From Phaeosaccion multiseriatum (taxonomy: Eukaryota > Protista > Ochrophyta, other classes): a stretch of DNA of 64,000 nucleotides. The position numbers were made by a program, and so were the translations under genes. A model generated the notes under the pieces. The model saw only the letters and a program-made list of their open reading frames with translations, did not search any database and was not told the DNA's origin. Of the stretch, positions 10,768 through 23,328 are shown piece by piece (position 1 is the first letter of the stretch; each line of letters begins with the position of its first letter). The DNA is taken from contig OZ218960.1 of the NCBI GenBank assembly GCA_965112735.1, forward strand, positions 2,914,001 to 2,978,000, written 5' to 3'.

Positions 10768-13494
10768 ATGCTTGGCTTCGTTGCGCTCGCCGCCGCCGGT
10801 GGGAGTGCTACAAGGGATCAAAGCCCTTCCGCTGCGTTGCTGAGCACCCTACCTCAGCTGAGGCTTAGCTGGTCTGCCACCTCTGTTGGCACAAAAAAGA
10901 GAGGTTGTACACGCCTGCTGGCAGGGAGAGGAGAAAGTGTGGAAAAAGGCGGGGGGGAGACGGTACAGTGGGACTGGGGAGAAGCGGATCTGGGGCGAGG
11001 CGTTTACCAGGGCCGGAGCTACTCCAAGGAAGAAGCCTATGCGCCAATTGCCGTCTCAGGAGAACCCTCGAAGCGACCCTCAGGGGGGCAGGGGGTGATG
11101 GGCAGGAGCAGTGGCGGGGCGAGCGATCGAGGAATGGCCAAGAAGCAGATTGCTCTGGTACGCCGGCTCCAGACGCTGGGTAGAGAGAAGCGATGGAAGG
11201 AGGTGGCGCGCGCCCTGCAGGTTGCCAAGCAGGAGCAGGGTGTTTTGTTCAACGACCGAGTGTATGGTGCGGCCATCCACGCTCTGGGCCAGTGCGAGCG
11301 GTGGAGAGGCGCAGTGGCCTTGCTTGAGGAGATGCAGGAGGATGAGAGCGGCTTGTTAGAGCCAAATGAGATCCACTTTCGCTCCGTCATTGCCACTTGC
11401 GCGAGGCAGGGGCAGCTGGAGACGGCAGAACGTGTGCTGCTGCAAGATATGACGGAGGCCGAGTGCGGGGCTGACTTGGACGCATTCAACGCGCTCTTGC
11501 TCGAGTACGGCCGAGCAGGACGGGTGGGCAAGGTGCTGGCCCTGTTTCAGGCAATGGAGGCTCAGGGCATTGTGCCAGACCCATTCAGCTACAACGCGCT
11601 CATCAGTGCCCACCTAAAGAGCGGGGAGGTGGAGCAGGCGGTTCAAACCCTTCGTGGGATGCGCAAGGGCAGCACCATTAAAACCGTGGGAGTGGAAGTG
11701 ATGCCCACTACCGTCAACTACAACACTGTCATTGCTGGCCTGGGGAGGGCGGGCCTCGCTCGTGATACGCTGGCATTACTGCGTGAAATGCGAGAGATAG
11801 GTCCCCCACCCTCGGACAGGACGTTCTCTGCCGTCGTTACCGCTTGCAGCAAGGCCGGCTTGTGGAGGGAAGGCATCATTGTGCTGAAGGAAATGTCGAG
11901 GAAGGTGAAGGAGGGAGGCAGCGAGGGGGCTATCCAGAGAGGCAGCGAGACAAGCAGTAGTAGTGGGGGGATGAGCTGTGCGGTGTACTCCGTACTGATG
12001 ACCGCGTGTATCAAGGCGGGGCAGCACTCCGCGGCGGTCGAAGTGTTTGACGCGATGCACAAGAGGGACGGTGTACAGCCCGATGCCCAGGCCTACGGCA
12101 CACTCCTCACCGCCCATGGACAGCTGGGTGAGTATGCGCATGCGAGCACGAGGCTCGGTGAGATGCGCTCGGCAGGTATTACGCCCAATCTCGTGGTGCA
12201 TAACAGCCTTGTCTTTGCGCTGCGCAACGCCGGGCACTTGGAAAAGGCAGTGGATGCGCTGGCGGAAATGGCAGTGGACGACCTCGCCCCTGACGCTCTC
12301 ATGTGCAGCAACTTGGTGGCGGCGTGTGGCAAGGCAGGCAAGCTCAAACTCGCGCTGCGAGTGCTTGAGGTGATGAAGCAGAGCACCCAGCAGAGCACCC
12401 AGCAGAGCACCCAGCAGAACGGATCGAGCCCGAGCACCCCGCCTGGCCGGGTAATTTACAATGCGCTGATTGCAGCTTGCGGAGTCGCAAAGGACTGCGA
12501 CAAGGCCTTTGAGCTCTATGCCGAGATGCGCGCGAGTGGCGTGGAGGCAGACATCGTCACGTTCAACTCACTCATCACGGCCTGTGGCAAGGCCGGCCAG
12601 CCCGACAAGGCCGCTGCGGTGCTGGAGGACATGGTCCAGAGTGGAGGTGCCGTACTGCCCGAGGCCATCACGTACAATGCCCTCATGAGAGCCTACGCAC
12701 TCGCGGGGCAGTGCGACGCGGCCTTTCGTGTCTTTGATGAGATGCAGGCGGTGGGGGGCCTCAAACCGGACTTTTACAGCTTTGACGCGCTCATCACGGC
12801 GTGTACAGTAGCGGAGGACCACGCACGCGCACTTGACACGCTTGTCGTCATGACCTCTACATACGGCCTCTGCCCCAACATTATCATCCTGAACAAGCTT
12901 GTGAAGGCGAGCGCCTCGAGAGGAGAACACCACATTGCCCTCGCCCTGCTCAAGGAGATGCGAGCGGCGACTTGGGGTGTGCATCCCGACTTCACCACGT
13001 ACCAGACACTGTTGGACGCCCTCTTCCTCTCGGCGTCGGGGGGGGACAGGGTGGGTTGCACGGAGTTGTGTGACGAGGTGTATGCCCAGGCATTGGCAGA
13101 GGGGGCGGTTTCACACTGGGCCGAGGAGAAGGAGAAGAAGAGCAGTGCTGCTGCTGCTGCTGTATCACCAACTGGTGGAGGTGGGGGTGGTGGTACGGCA
13201 GTTTCAACGGAGGGCGGGACGGTTTCCGAGTCGAGGAGCAGGAGTAGGACGACGACGAGGAGGACGAAAAGGAGGAGGGTGGACTTGCGCGGCTGGTCCC
13301 ACTCGATGAGTCGTGCAGCCCTTCGCCATGTGGTCTTTACGGAGCAGGTCCGAGGGGAGGTGGAGGTGGAGGCGGGCAAGGGAGGAGGGGTGCTTCATGG
13401 ACTGGTCATGACCTTTCTCAGCCACGATCTCGGGCTGTCGGCCACGGTGGAGGCAGGCTCAAGGGGCGTGATTGTGTTCCAGGTGGATGATTGA
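10768..13494 (+). CDS. Pentatricopeptide-repeat protein with C-terminal SMR-like domain, intronless
   Basis: Roughly 15+ 35-aa PPR motifs (e.g. PDPFSYNALISAHLKSGEVEQAVQTL, DIVTFNSLITACGKAGQPDKAAAVL). C-terminal VDLRGWSHSMSRAALR..VEAGKG..LVMTFL is SMR-like. Start could be 10633 or 10768. Confidence 0.88.
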   Translation: MLGFVALAAAGGSATRDQSPSAALLSTLPQLRLSWSATSVGTKKRGCTRLLAGRGESVEKGGGETVQWDWGEADLGRGVYQGRSYSKEEAYAPIAVSGEPSKRPSGGQGVMGRSSGGASDRGMAKKQIALVRRLQTLGREKRWKEVARALQVAKQEQGVLFNDRVYGAAIHALGQCERWRGAVALLEEMQEDESGLLEPNEIHFRSVIATCARQGQLETAERVLLQDMTEAECGADLDAFNALLLEYGRAGRVGKVLALFQAMEAQGIVPDPFSYNALISAHLKSGEVEQAVQTLRGMRKGSTIKTVGVEVMPTTVNYNTVIAGLGRAGLARDTLALLREMREIGPPPSDRTFSAVVTACSKAGLWREGIIVLKEMSRKVKEGGSEGAIQRGSETSSSSGGMSCAVYSVLMTACIKAGQHSAAVEVFDAMHKRDGVQPDAQAYGTLLTAHGQLGEYAHASTRLGEMRSAGITPNLVVHNSLVFALRNAGHLEKAVDALAEMAVDDLAPDALMCSNLVAACGKAGKLKLALRVLEVMKQSTQQSTQQSTQQNGSSPSTPPGRVIYNALIAACGVAKDCDKAFELYAEMRASGVEADIVTFNSLITACGKAGQPDKAAAVLEDMVQSGGAVLPEAITYNALMRAYALAGQCDAAFRVFDEMQAVGGLKPDFYSFDALITACTVAEDHARALDTLVVMTSTYGLCPNIIILNKLVKASASRGEHHIALALLKEMRAATWGVHPDFTTYQTLLDALFLSASGGDRVGCTELCDEVYAQALAEGAVSHWAEEKEKKSSAAAAAVSPTGGGGGGGTAVSTEGGTVSESRSRSRTTTRRTKRRRVDLRGWSHSMSRAALRHVVFTEQVRGEVEVEAGKGGGVLHGLVMTFLSHDLGLSATVEAGSRGVIVFQVDD

Positions 13495-13654
13495 GTGACT
13501 GTTACATGCTTTTATACTTTGCTTGCCTTGTTTGTTTTCTGTTCCTTTGATTTAAGAAGAGACAGGGAGGGGGCTGGAGGGGGGAAGGAGTGCGTTTACT
13601 ATTAGGCAGCACAGATGGCAAGAAAAAACAAACAAAAATCGCATCTTCAACAAC

Positions 13655-16311
13655 ATGGGGAGTAGCGAGCAAGAGAGGAACGAGGCCTTGGAGGCGCGTG
13701 GTGAGTAGCCTATATGGAGGGCTTGGTCAGACAGAAAAGGTCCAGGCCTCGCTCTTTATTCCCTACGCAATTCAGCGTGTCTTCTCTCGGACCTGATAAT
13801 ACCGCGGCACCAGCTCTCCTGAGGTCCGCTCGCTGCTGTACGCCTCACTACTCTTCACCCCTGCTACCCCCCTCTGCCCCGGGACTCACTCCTCTGCTCC
13901 TGGTCTTCTCTTCACTCTCTCCCTTCCATTCTTTGCATTATTTTTTCACTCAAAAAAAAAAAAGTCAAGGAGCTGGCCGACAAGTACGGCATCCGAGTGG
14001 AGGACATACCTCCGGCTCTGCACCAGGCCATCTTTGGCGACTTCACCACGAATGAGGTAGGCCTGTCAATTGCGCTTCAAGTGGAGGGGCACTTCTTCTC
14101 CCCCACTCGCTCGGAACACTACTACTAGTTAGTCTCAAAGACTTCCCTCCTCCTTCCACTTGTTCGCTCCGATGACGTCGTCGCGTGGCTGGGGCGATGC
14201 CCTGTGCGTACGACCTGTGTGGCTGGATCGACCCCTCGGGCTGACACTGGTGGTCGACAGCTCAAGAAGCCAAAGCAGGGAGTGCGGAAGGTGCGCAAGG
14301 GGACAGAGAGGGGAGCGTGTTGCTTGCTTTAGCTGAGGGAAGGCCTTGGCTACTCGTCCTCCCTGTGTGGCCGTCGGCAGCAATCGTACTGTTACAGGGA
14401 AGGGGGCAGCCTCGCTTGGCTCTTCTCAGCAAACATACTTCTTTGTCGTTCCCACCGGGCCGCCCTCCACCGCCCTCCCCCCTTCCCTTCGCCCCCCCCA
14501 AACCTTCCTGCGGTGAACTAACCGCCTGACTGCAGATCGTGGCAGCTGTGAAACGCTTCAAGGAGAAGGTCCAACCCGTGCTCTACGTCCCCGCGCCACC
14601 GTCTTCCGCTGCTGCGGCATCATCAGCACCCTCCTCCTCCTCCTCCTGGTCTGCCTCAGCCGCCTCTGCCTCCTCACCTGGCGGCCAACAAGATGGAGCA
14701 GCAGCAGGAGTGTCCGCGTCCGCTCCCCCCCCTCGCCTCGAGGAGCATGTGCAACAGTTGGTGGTCCAACCCGGAGGAGGAGTGGGCCCCTCTAACTCTG
14801 TGAGTACGATCACCGCCACCGCAGAGCCGTCGGAGGACGGGCAGGGGCAACAGCAAAAGGCACAGCAGGACACTCAGGAGGGAGGCGAGGAGGAGGAGCA
14901 CCCCAGCAAGAAGTCCAAGACGCCACCGCCCCCTCAAGACCCTCAGGCTGTGGAGCCCTTCTCCTTCTTGCCTGCCTTTCTCTCCGAGGTTCGAGCCGTT
15001 GGACCTTTGCTCGGGGACGATGCTCAAGGTCACGGCCGTGGTCAGAGCCGGCTTATGCAGCAGCTCTTTCACTACTTCACCAGCGAAGCGGAGGAGCTAC
15101 GAGCCTGGCACGAGCGGCAACAGCAGAGGCGGCTCAGACAAGAAGGAGAAGCAGCGAACTCCACCCCCGCTGCCGCTGCGGACGATGAAGATGACGAGGG
15201 CAGCAAGAAGCAACCGCCCTTGCCTCCCTCCCGCCGCTCTGTGGCCTCCTTTCTGCGCCTCCTTCAGCTGCAGAAGGAAGTTCTGTCGAAAGGTGTGTGT
15301 GAAACAAGCTCTGTCTAATTTGTATGTGCGTTTGTGTATGTGTGTGGACGTGTGCATTTGCGTGTGTGGACGTGTGGACGTCGTGGCCGTGCCCGGCGGG
15401 GGAGGCCTTTCTATTCTGTCTCTTACCTGTCGCAAAGCCGCCCACCCCTCTCCCTCTCTTCCTCGAGGCCTCTTGGCAGGAGTGGCAAGCAAGCGTGCTC
15501 CTTGCGTTACCTTCCGATCAACCAATTGCTGATCGTAGCTACCCACTGCCCCACTGCCCCACTACTCCACTACTCCACTGCTCCACTTGGCCAATTCACC
15601 ACTGCCCCACCCCCGCGCCTGTCGCCTCTGCCTCTGCTGAACAGAGTGGATCTGTGTGGCGATTCTGGAGAACCTCTCGGATCCCAGGAGCGCAACGGAA
15701 GGGCTGGTGAGTGAGAGAGAACAGCAGAGAAAGGGAGAGAGAGAGAGAGAGCCAAGGAGAGAAAGAGAGAGAGAGAGAGAGCCAAGGAGAGAGAGAGAGA
15801 GAGAAGCAAACGCCATAAGCTCAAGCTACTCACAATCGGTCGTTTGGGAGTTTTTTGGGGGGGGGGGGCGGCAGCAGGGAGTCGGCGACAAGTCACAGGA
15901 GAGCAAGAGTTACAGTTACAGCAAGAGGTACAGCTACAGCAAGAGTTACAGTTACAGCAAGAGTTACAGTTACAGCAAGTTACAGTTACAGCAAGAGTTA
16001 CAGGCTCGAGGCCTGTGGCAGCGAGCGCTTTACCCAACTCGCTCTCGTGTTGACGTGTTGGTACTACTCTAGTTCAGTGCCTTAATGAATCTCTGTCTTG
16101 CCCCTTTGGCTGCTGGTGCCTCTCTCAGGTTCAGCTCCGCAAGGGAGCGAAGCTGCAAGAAGAGATCAAAGCCAACCACCGGAAGGTGAGCAAGACAACT
16201 CGTGAGACGACAGCGCCTCGCTCCTCCTTGTGGTGGGCTCGCATACACTGCCTGCGCCTGTTTGCTCTTCGTTCCTCGCTCACTGGCGCCCGTTACTTGT
16301 GTATGTGTGTG

Positions 16312-16394
<83 letters not shown>

Positions 16395-17945
16395 GTGTGT
16401 GTGTGCGTGCGTGTGTGTGTGTGTGTGTGTGTGGGCGTGTGGTGTCTGTATGTGCGCATCCGTGCGCGTAATAGGCCCGCTTAATGCTGGTGGCCGAGCA
16501 CCTCGTCACCGCAGGTAAGGCCCCGGACGGCAAGGCGGCCCTCGCCCTCATCGAGACACAGCCCTTCAGCAACAGGATGAACAGATATCTCGACTACCCA
16601 AGCCACCCCCAACACGACCCAAAGATCGTCGCAGACAAGATCGGTACGGTCTCCAAGGAGCACAAGTGGTGTGGTTGAGGGGAGTGTCTTGTGGCTTGGG
16701 GGGAGGGGAGGTGGCTCTCTCGTGGCTGATAGAAGGGCTCTGGCTCGCGCGCTGCGAGCCCTGCTGAAGCAAGTATAGTGGTCGCATGCACACACAGTCG
16801 AGTGCCCTGAAGGAGCTGAGGCTTTGCTAGCCAGTGACTCCCACTGTCCTTCTCCTCGTCCTCCTCGTCCTCCCCACCCCGCCCTCTCTCTCTTTCATTC
16901 CGTTTTCAGTCGACTTCCTCGATACGAAGGACGACCTAGCTGTCCGAGAGACGAAGGTAAGCACGAATGCCGTGTTGAAGTGGCACCGTAAAGGTGTTCG
17001 GAAACCGTCTAAGCTGCCTTCCCCGCTGAGCTGGCATTCACGCAGCAAGACAAGAAGCCCCTCGTTTCCCCTCACCCGTCGAGTAGTAGGGGCTAGTCTC
17101 GCTCAGCACGCCGCTCTCCTACTCTTGGGGTGGTGTGGACGCTCACCCCCTTTCTTCTGCTCTACTGTGCTTGATCTTTGACCCATCGTGCCTCGCTCAA
17201 ATGCTCCTCGATACGGATGTTTGTTGTCTTGTGTGTGTGTGTTGCTGGTCGGCCTACTACCACCTCGGACGCGCGCGTCAAGATCCGAGCTGCGTTGACC
17301 GAGTTCGACACCGAGTACCGCAGCGACAGCTCGTTCATCAGCACTTTCGAGAGCGGGGAAGAGGATGTTGACGCGGAGGAGGTGGCCGCCATCATGGCCC
17401 TCACCTCTTGTAAGTAAGGAAGAGGAGCAAGCAAGCTCATCGCCTGTGTTGCTGCTCACTCTCACTCACTCAATGACTCGCTCGCTCACTCAATCACTCA
17501 ATGACTCGCTCACGCGCTCACTCGCTCACTCACTCACTCACTCATTCACTCACTCACTCACTTACTCACTCATTCACTCACTTATTCACTAACTCACTCA
17601 TTCACTCACGCATTCACTCACTCACTCACTCACTTCCTCCCTCCCTCCCTCCTTCCCTCTCTTTGTCCTTGTATACTAGCAATGTTCGCCAGGAATCACA
17701 TCTTCTGGAGCCACAACCACTTGAACATCGAAGCCACGTGCAGGGCAGCCTATCTGGAGGAGGGCAAGACCTGGCAACAGGCCCTGGAGTACGCCGATGA
17801 GGAGATAGACAACATGTCGGACGTTGAGATCTCCCCTAAGCGGAGGTTTCGCCGGAGGTATAGCTACGACTGGGACTGGGACAGCTGTGATGATGACGTT
17901 TCGGATGACGGTTACGACTCGGATACCCCATACGAGTACTATTGA
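13655..17945 (+). CDS. Uncharacterised protein, 9 exons (13655-13700, 13965-14056, 14536-15292, 15645-15706, 16129-16185, 16475-16643, 16910-16956, 17283-17409, 17680-17945)
   Basis: All eight GT-AG introns join in phase into one ORF: MGSSEQERNEALEARVKELADKYGIRVED... to ...IRAALTEFDTEYRSDSSFISTFESGEEDVDAEEVAAIMALTSSMFARNHIFWSHNH..., with an Asp/Tyr-rich tail. Confidence 0.72.
15901..16003. repeat. 18-bp intronic minisatellite (AGCAAGAGTTACAGTTAC)n
   Basis: About 5-6 degenerate tandem copies. Confidence 0.8.
16298..16435. repeat. (TG)n microsatellite, intronic
   Basis: Long TG run directly visible. Confidence 0.95.
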
Positions 17946-18516
17946 GCGCGTACGACGATGATGTGTGTGAGAGAGAGCTGTCATTGTGTGCGGTAAGTGC
18001 TTTGGAGTGGTGGCGAGGAGGGAGGAGAGAGAAGGGGGGGAAGATCGAGGAGCGAGGAGGGAGAAGGGGGAGAAGATCGAGGAGCGAGGAGGGAGAAGAG
18101 GAGCGAGAAGAGGAGGGATGAAGCAATGCGAGAAATGTGGAGGGGAAATAGGAGAGAGAGAGAGAGGAAGAGTCGAAAAAGTCGGACAAGATGCCGTCCT
18201 TGTTTCAATCGTGGGTAGCTAGAAGCAGGGGGTGGGAAGTTGTGCAGTCGAATGGGGCGGAGGGAGAAGAGGAGCGAGGAGGGACGGATATACAGCCCCA
18301 GCCCACCAGAGCCAGGCAGGGGGTCGACCACTGACGCACTATCCGCTATCGCCGGCGCCAGCCGATCCGCTATCCGCTATCGAGAATGTGGGCGATAGTG
18401 GGGGGGGGGTCGAAGGGGGAGCGAACAGATCCCTTTTTTTTTTTTTTTTTTTTTTTTAGCCCCATCAATCGTTTGAATCCTACCCAGGGAGGCAAGAGCC
18501 AGCCATGGCACTCCCA

Positions 18517-18728
18517 CCCACAGACGACACGGGCTCCGTATCCCGCCCTCCTTCTCTCCGACTATGACGTCGAAGGGAAATGGACGAGCAGGAGGACAGC
18601 CCTCCTTCTCTCTGACTATGACGTCGAAGCAAGGGAATACAGCACTGCTCCTCCTGCTCGTCCATTTCCTTTCGACGTCATAGTCGGAGAGAAGGAGGGC
18701 GGGATACAGAGCCCGTGTCGTCTGTGGG
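18517..18728. repeat. Long inverted repeat: 80-bp arms, 52-nt spacer (hairpin or MITE-like)
   Basis: 18517-18596 is the reverse complement of 18649-18728 with 2 mismatches. The spacer holds a third, direct copy of about 30 nt of the arm. Confidence 0.9.
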
Positions 18729-18905
18729 AACACAAACATTAAAAACTAATGAACTACGCCTACTTGCACCGTGCGTGTGGTGATCTGCTGGACACATCCA
18801 CCGCACATCCCCTACTCAGCTCAGCAGTGGGGAGGGATGGAAGGTCGTTCGTAAGCCCACCATTCACTCGTTCGAGTCGTTCAAAGTGTCAAATTGTGCG
18901 TGCAA

Positions 18906-19263
18906 TCACCACCCATAGTCGCCGTCGTCAAATTCGGTATCGTACACAGGGTCCTCTCCCACGATGCTCTTGATTCGCCGCATCACAGCTGGCAAGCGTC
19001 CAAAGTGCCTGCAGCACCGGTTGAGTACGAAATAAGCCTCGGCCGGGCTGCCCTGGGTGTAGGTAGCCGGGGGCTCCTTGCTTCTCAGAGGGCCAGGGTT
19101 GACTAGAGCAGGCAGCAGCGTGGGGTTGTGCTTATGCAGCGCGCGAAGGTAGTCCATGGCATGGTCTTCTTGCTGCTGCATCACGCGGGTGTGGGCCTCG
19201 GTCCCGCAGAGCATCTCTCGCACTTGGCCCAGCAGCTCGGGGCTCAAGACACAGAAGGGCGGG

Positions 19264-19296
<33 letters not shown>

Positions 19297-20404
19297 GAGG
19301 AGGAGGAGGAGGAGGAGGAAGCGGAAGAGGGAGAAAGGAGAGGAGGCGAAGGAGTATCCCTTCGTCCCCTGTCGGTCGCGGCAAAAACATCGAACGAGGC
19401 TAGCCGGCCTTCGTACTCCGACACCATCCTCATCTTGATTAGGACCACGGAAGCGAGGAAGTCCATGTTTGGAAACTCCCTGAAAGACGGGAACTCATCC
19501 AAGATGTCCTCCAGCATACTCGGGGCGGAGTCTCCAGCTGGGTAGAGCCAATCACCGTCCTGCCCAAGCCGAGCCGACCAGGCCAGAGCACAACAGAGTA
19601 GAGCAGAGCAGTTGGTGCTACAGAGCCGTGCCGAGGGGTAACAGATTCGTGAGACGCAGACACACACACACACGCAGCGGTAGCCAAGAGCAGTGCCAGG
19701 AGAGCCAGAGCAGCCAGAGAAGTTGGTGATACAGAGCCGCCAGCTGCCTACGGCGGCGAGAGCAGCAAGCATGCGCACACAGCCAGACGTGCAGGGGGCT
19801 GCGAACAAAGCCTCAAGATTGAGCACCCAGACTCGGCACCCTCCCCCTTCCCTTTGTGGCGCTCGCAAGTTGCCGCCGGGTGTGTGTGGGAATGCCTAGC
19901 AAGTCAATCAAAGTGGGCACCCACCCCCCGCCACACCCCCAAGTACATGCACATACGCATGCATACATACATACATACATACATATACATACATACACAC
20001 ACATACATACACACATACATACATTCATACATACATACATACATACATACATACATACATACATACATACATACATACATACATACATACATACATACAA
20101 AGATACACACATCTATCTATCTATTTATGCATACATACCTGCGTACCGTCCGGCCACTCCTCGTTGACGATGTCGAGGTTGATGTGATGAAGCCACCACT
20201 TGATGAAAGAGTAGCAGTCCTGGTCTCTGTTCATGTACAGCAAAACTGAGGAGGGGAGGAGAGGGGAAGGGCCGGCATGAGTTCGCGCACGAGCCATGAG
20301 TGAGAAGGCGAATACCATCAGAGATATACAACAGAGTGAGGACAGCTCCTCCCTCCCTCCCTCCCTCCCTCCCTCCCTCCCTTCCTTCCTTCCTTCCTTC
20401 CCCT

Positions 20405-20441
<37 letters not shown>

Positions 20442-21138
20442 ACCCTCCCTGCCATCTCCTCCCTCCCATCCCTCACTCACCCCACGGGACGCAACTCCTG
20501 ATGCCGATATTGTCCGACTTATTAAGCCTCAGCAACCCGAGCATATGACCCAGCACCATCTCCCAAGCAGGAAGCTGCTCCTTCTCGTACGCCGCGTGGT
20601 ACAGCTCGAGCGCAAGCTCGTGTCGCTTCCTGCACATGGAACGGGGGAGGGTGCCGTGCAGTTCATGCAAGAGCTTAGCTCTCAGTATGGAATCAGCTTC
20701 GCTCTCTCAGCCCCCCCTTCAATCAACCGCTAACCTGCAGTAATCCCGTGTGTCCAATATGCCCCAGAAATGACCCACGGCGTTGTCAAAAGGCCGTGCT
20801 GTAAAGAAGAAGTCGTCGTCTCTTTCATTCAAATCCCTCTCGAGCTTCGCCAGCTGCTTCGTCAGCTTATCCACCTGCTTGCAAAACTCCTTGTGCTCCG
20901 GGAAGTCCGCCTGCTGACACTTCTGAGAGCAGTACAGAGCGAACTTGCACCTTGCACACTTGGACAGCGCCGCATCGGGTTCGCGTGGCTGCCCCAGCGT
21001 TCTCCACGGACCGAACCGATCATCGCACTCGCAGTTGAAGCACACACTCACGTCGACGAGGTTGGGGTCTTTCCCTGCATAAGGAGGCTGCTTCTCGGCC
21101 AACTCCCTGACCCAAAGGGGCTCATCTTCCATCGCCAT
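18906..21138 (-). CDS. MYND zinc-finger protein, 4 exons (21138-20735, 20629-20481, 20245-20139, 19559-18906)
   Basis: CFNC..CARCKFALYCSQKCQQADFPEHKEFC is a zf-MYND. It is followed by VGHFWGILDTRDYCR..LLRLNKSDNIGIR..LLYMNRDQDCYSFIKWW..AYFVL. Junctions are in phase. Confidence 0.85.
19945..20137. repeat. (CATA)n microsatellite, intronic
   Basis: Directly visible. A second (CATA)n array lies at ~49490-49652. Confidence 0.95.
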
Positions 21139-21441
21139 CTAGTGCAAGCTTACAACAGGTGAATGCACTATGGATCGGCCAACAGGGGAAAGAAGGGCCT
21201 TTTGGCCCATGTTTTCATTGACTTAGTTAGATTCCCCTTTCCCATTTTCCCTCTCCCTTTGCCTCTGCCTTGCCTTGGGTAGGTGCAGGTTGCCTCATCG
21301 CCTTCGCGCCATCGCTCAATCAGACCAAGACTTCAAAACTAACATTAACATTAACATTGACATTAACATAGGTCAACCCGCCTAGAAAAAGAAGAATTGA
21401 AGCAGGCCCGCCCAGGGCACGTGAAGGTCGAAGGATCACAG

Positions 21442-22501
21442 TCACATGAGTGCGCATCCTGTCGCGGAATCCCTCTCCTGCATCATGGCCTCGATGTCCC
21501 CTTGGCTGAAGCTCCTTGGATGCACATCCTCTAGGTTGGGCAGCCCCCTGAAGGCAGCAGGAGCAAGGAGGAGCAGTAGAAGCAGCCGCAGGAGGCGAAG
21601 GAGCAGCAGCAACAAGACCAGGGGGAGCAGCAGCAGCGGCAGCGGTAGCAGGAGGAGCGGCAGGAGAAGGTCAAGGATCAGCAGGAACAGCAGCAGCAGC
21701 AGCAGATCTTTCCTCGAACTACAACAACAACCGAAGGCTAGGCACCACATGTCTATATCGTACCTGCGGCTGTAGAAGAGAATGTAGGCCGACGATGTGA
21801 GCATCTCCTCGTCCTTCAGCGGCGTCACCTGAGCAGTTGGTGATACAGGACAAACCAGCGATGTGAAAAATGCAAGCGAGGGGGAGGGTTGGGTGTGAGG
21901 GGCCGCATCAAAAGGGCGGTAGACGCCTTGTCATTGCATGATTGACTAGTGCATACAGTGCCTACCTCCGAGTCGTTACAGTAGTGCCACTTTCCCGTCT
22001 CTTGTGACTTGATACTGGCCACGTAATGCCCCGCACTCAACGCCCCCAAGTGATGCACCACCGCGTACAAATCGTAGAGCTGCGACTCTGCTGTATCACC
22101 AACTTGTGCTGCTGCTGCTGCTGCTGCTACAGTTTCACCACCTGCTGGTGCAGTATCAACACCTGCTACTGTTGCTGCTGACTCCTCTCCACCCCCGCTT
22201 GCCTCCTCCTGCTGCTGCTGCTGCTGCCTCCCGATCGCGGCCGCCGCTCCTGTATTCCCACCTGCTGCTGCTGGTGCTGCTACTACTGCTGCTCCCGCGT
22301 CGTGGCCACTCCCTCTCTCACTCTCGCAGATCTCCTCCTGGCTTGGTTGTTCAAGTGGTGACACACCGCCGGCTGGCGACTGCTCCACACTGCCCTCCTC
22401 ATGTGCCGCCCCTGCTCCTCTCTCATCCTGCCCCGCAGCTGACCTCACACCCCCCCCTCCAGTTCCTCCTCCTCCTGCTCCTTCTCCTCCTCCTGCTCCT
22501 T

Positions 22502-22542
<41 letters not shown>

Positions 22543-23294
22543 CCTCCTCCTCCTCCTCCTCCTCCTCCTCCTCCTCCTCCTCCTGCTCCTCCTCCTCCTC
22601 CTCCTCCTCCTCCTCCTCCTCCTCCTCCTCCTCCTCCTCTTCCTCCTCCTGTGGAGCTTTGTTGCCCGACCACGTATGGCGAGAGGTCGAGGCCCTTGAT
22701 AGGGAAATTCACAACGTTTCTGAGCTTCCTCCTCGAGTACTGCGTGTACTGGAAGCGCTTGAGGTGGATCACAAGGATGGGAGGGAGGCGCCAAACTCGC
22801 AGTTTCAGCTTGGCTGAGCGGAGTTCCTTACACTTGGAGCAGTAGCCCTACGAGCAAGGGGGGGGGGGGGGATGGCAGTGGAAGGGGGAGGCGAGGGGAG
22901 AGGAGGTACCAAGAGTGAGTGGGAAACGCATGTGTAGGCACAGAGCGAGAGTGACGTACGGTACGGCCTACAGCTGTGCCTGAGAATGCCCTCCCCTCTC
23001 CTCTCCTACCCGTACGCCATGTGTATACCCTCTCCTCTCCTGCCCATATGCCTGTGTATGCCCTCTACTCTCCTGTCTGCGTACGTACACCCTCTCCTCT
23101 CCTGCCCATATGCCTGCCTATCTGTCTCTATCCAGCCACTCACCTCATTGATGGCCTCCTCTGCCGTGAAAGTGTCTAGGCACTTGTGCAGGTTGAGGGG
23201 GCGATTCTCCCTCTCCAGGCACTCCCCCAGAGAGGGGTCCAGCACACACGACAGGGCTTCTGCCGTATCGTACTTCTCCTAAGAGAGGGAGAGA

Positions 23295-23328
<34 letters not shown>

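Noticed and set aside
16069-16572. Long ORFs such as poly-HT/CV, poly-R, poly-L and poly-S throughout the ORF track
   Set aside because: Translations of microsatellites or antisense/shifted frames of real exons in GC-rich DNA.
18335-18410. Three ATCCGCTATC-like copies and a partial inverted CGATAGTGG
   Set aside because: Could be a transposon-end relic, but no TIR/TSD pair was found.
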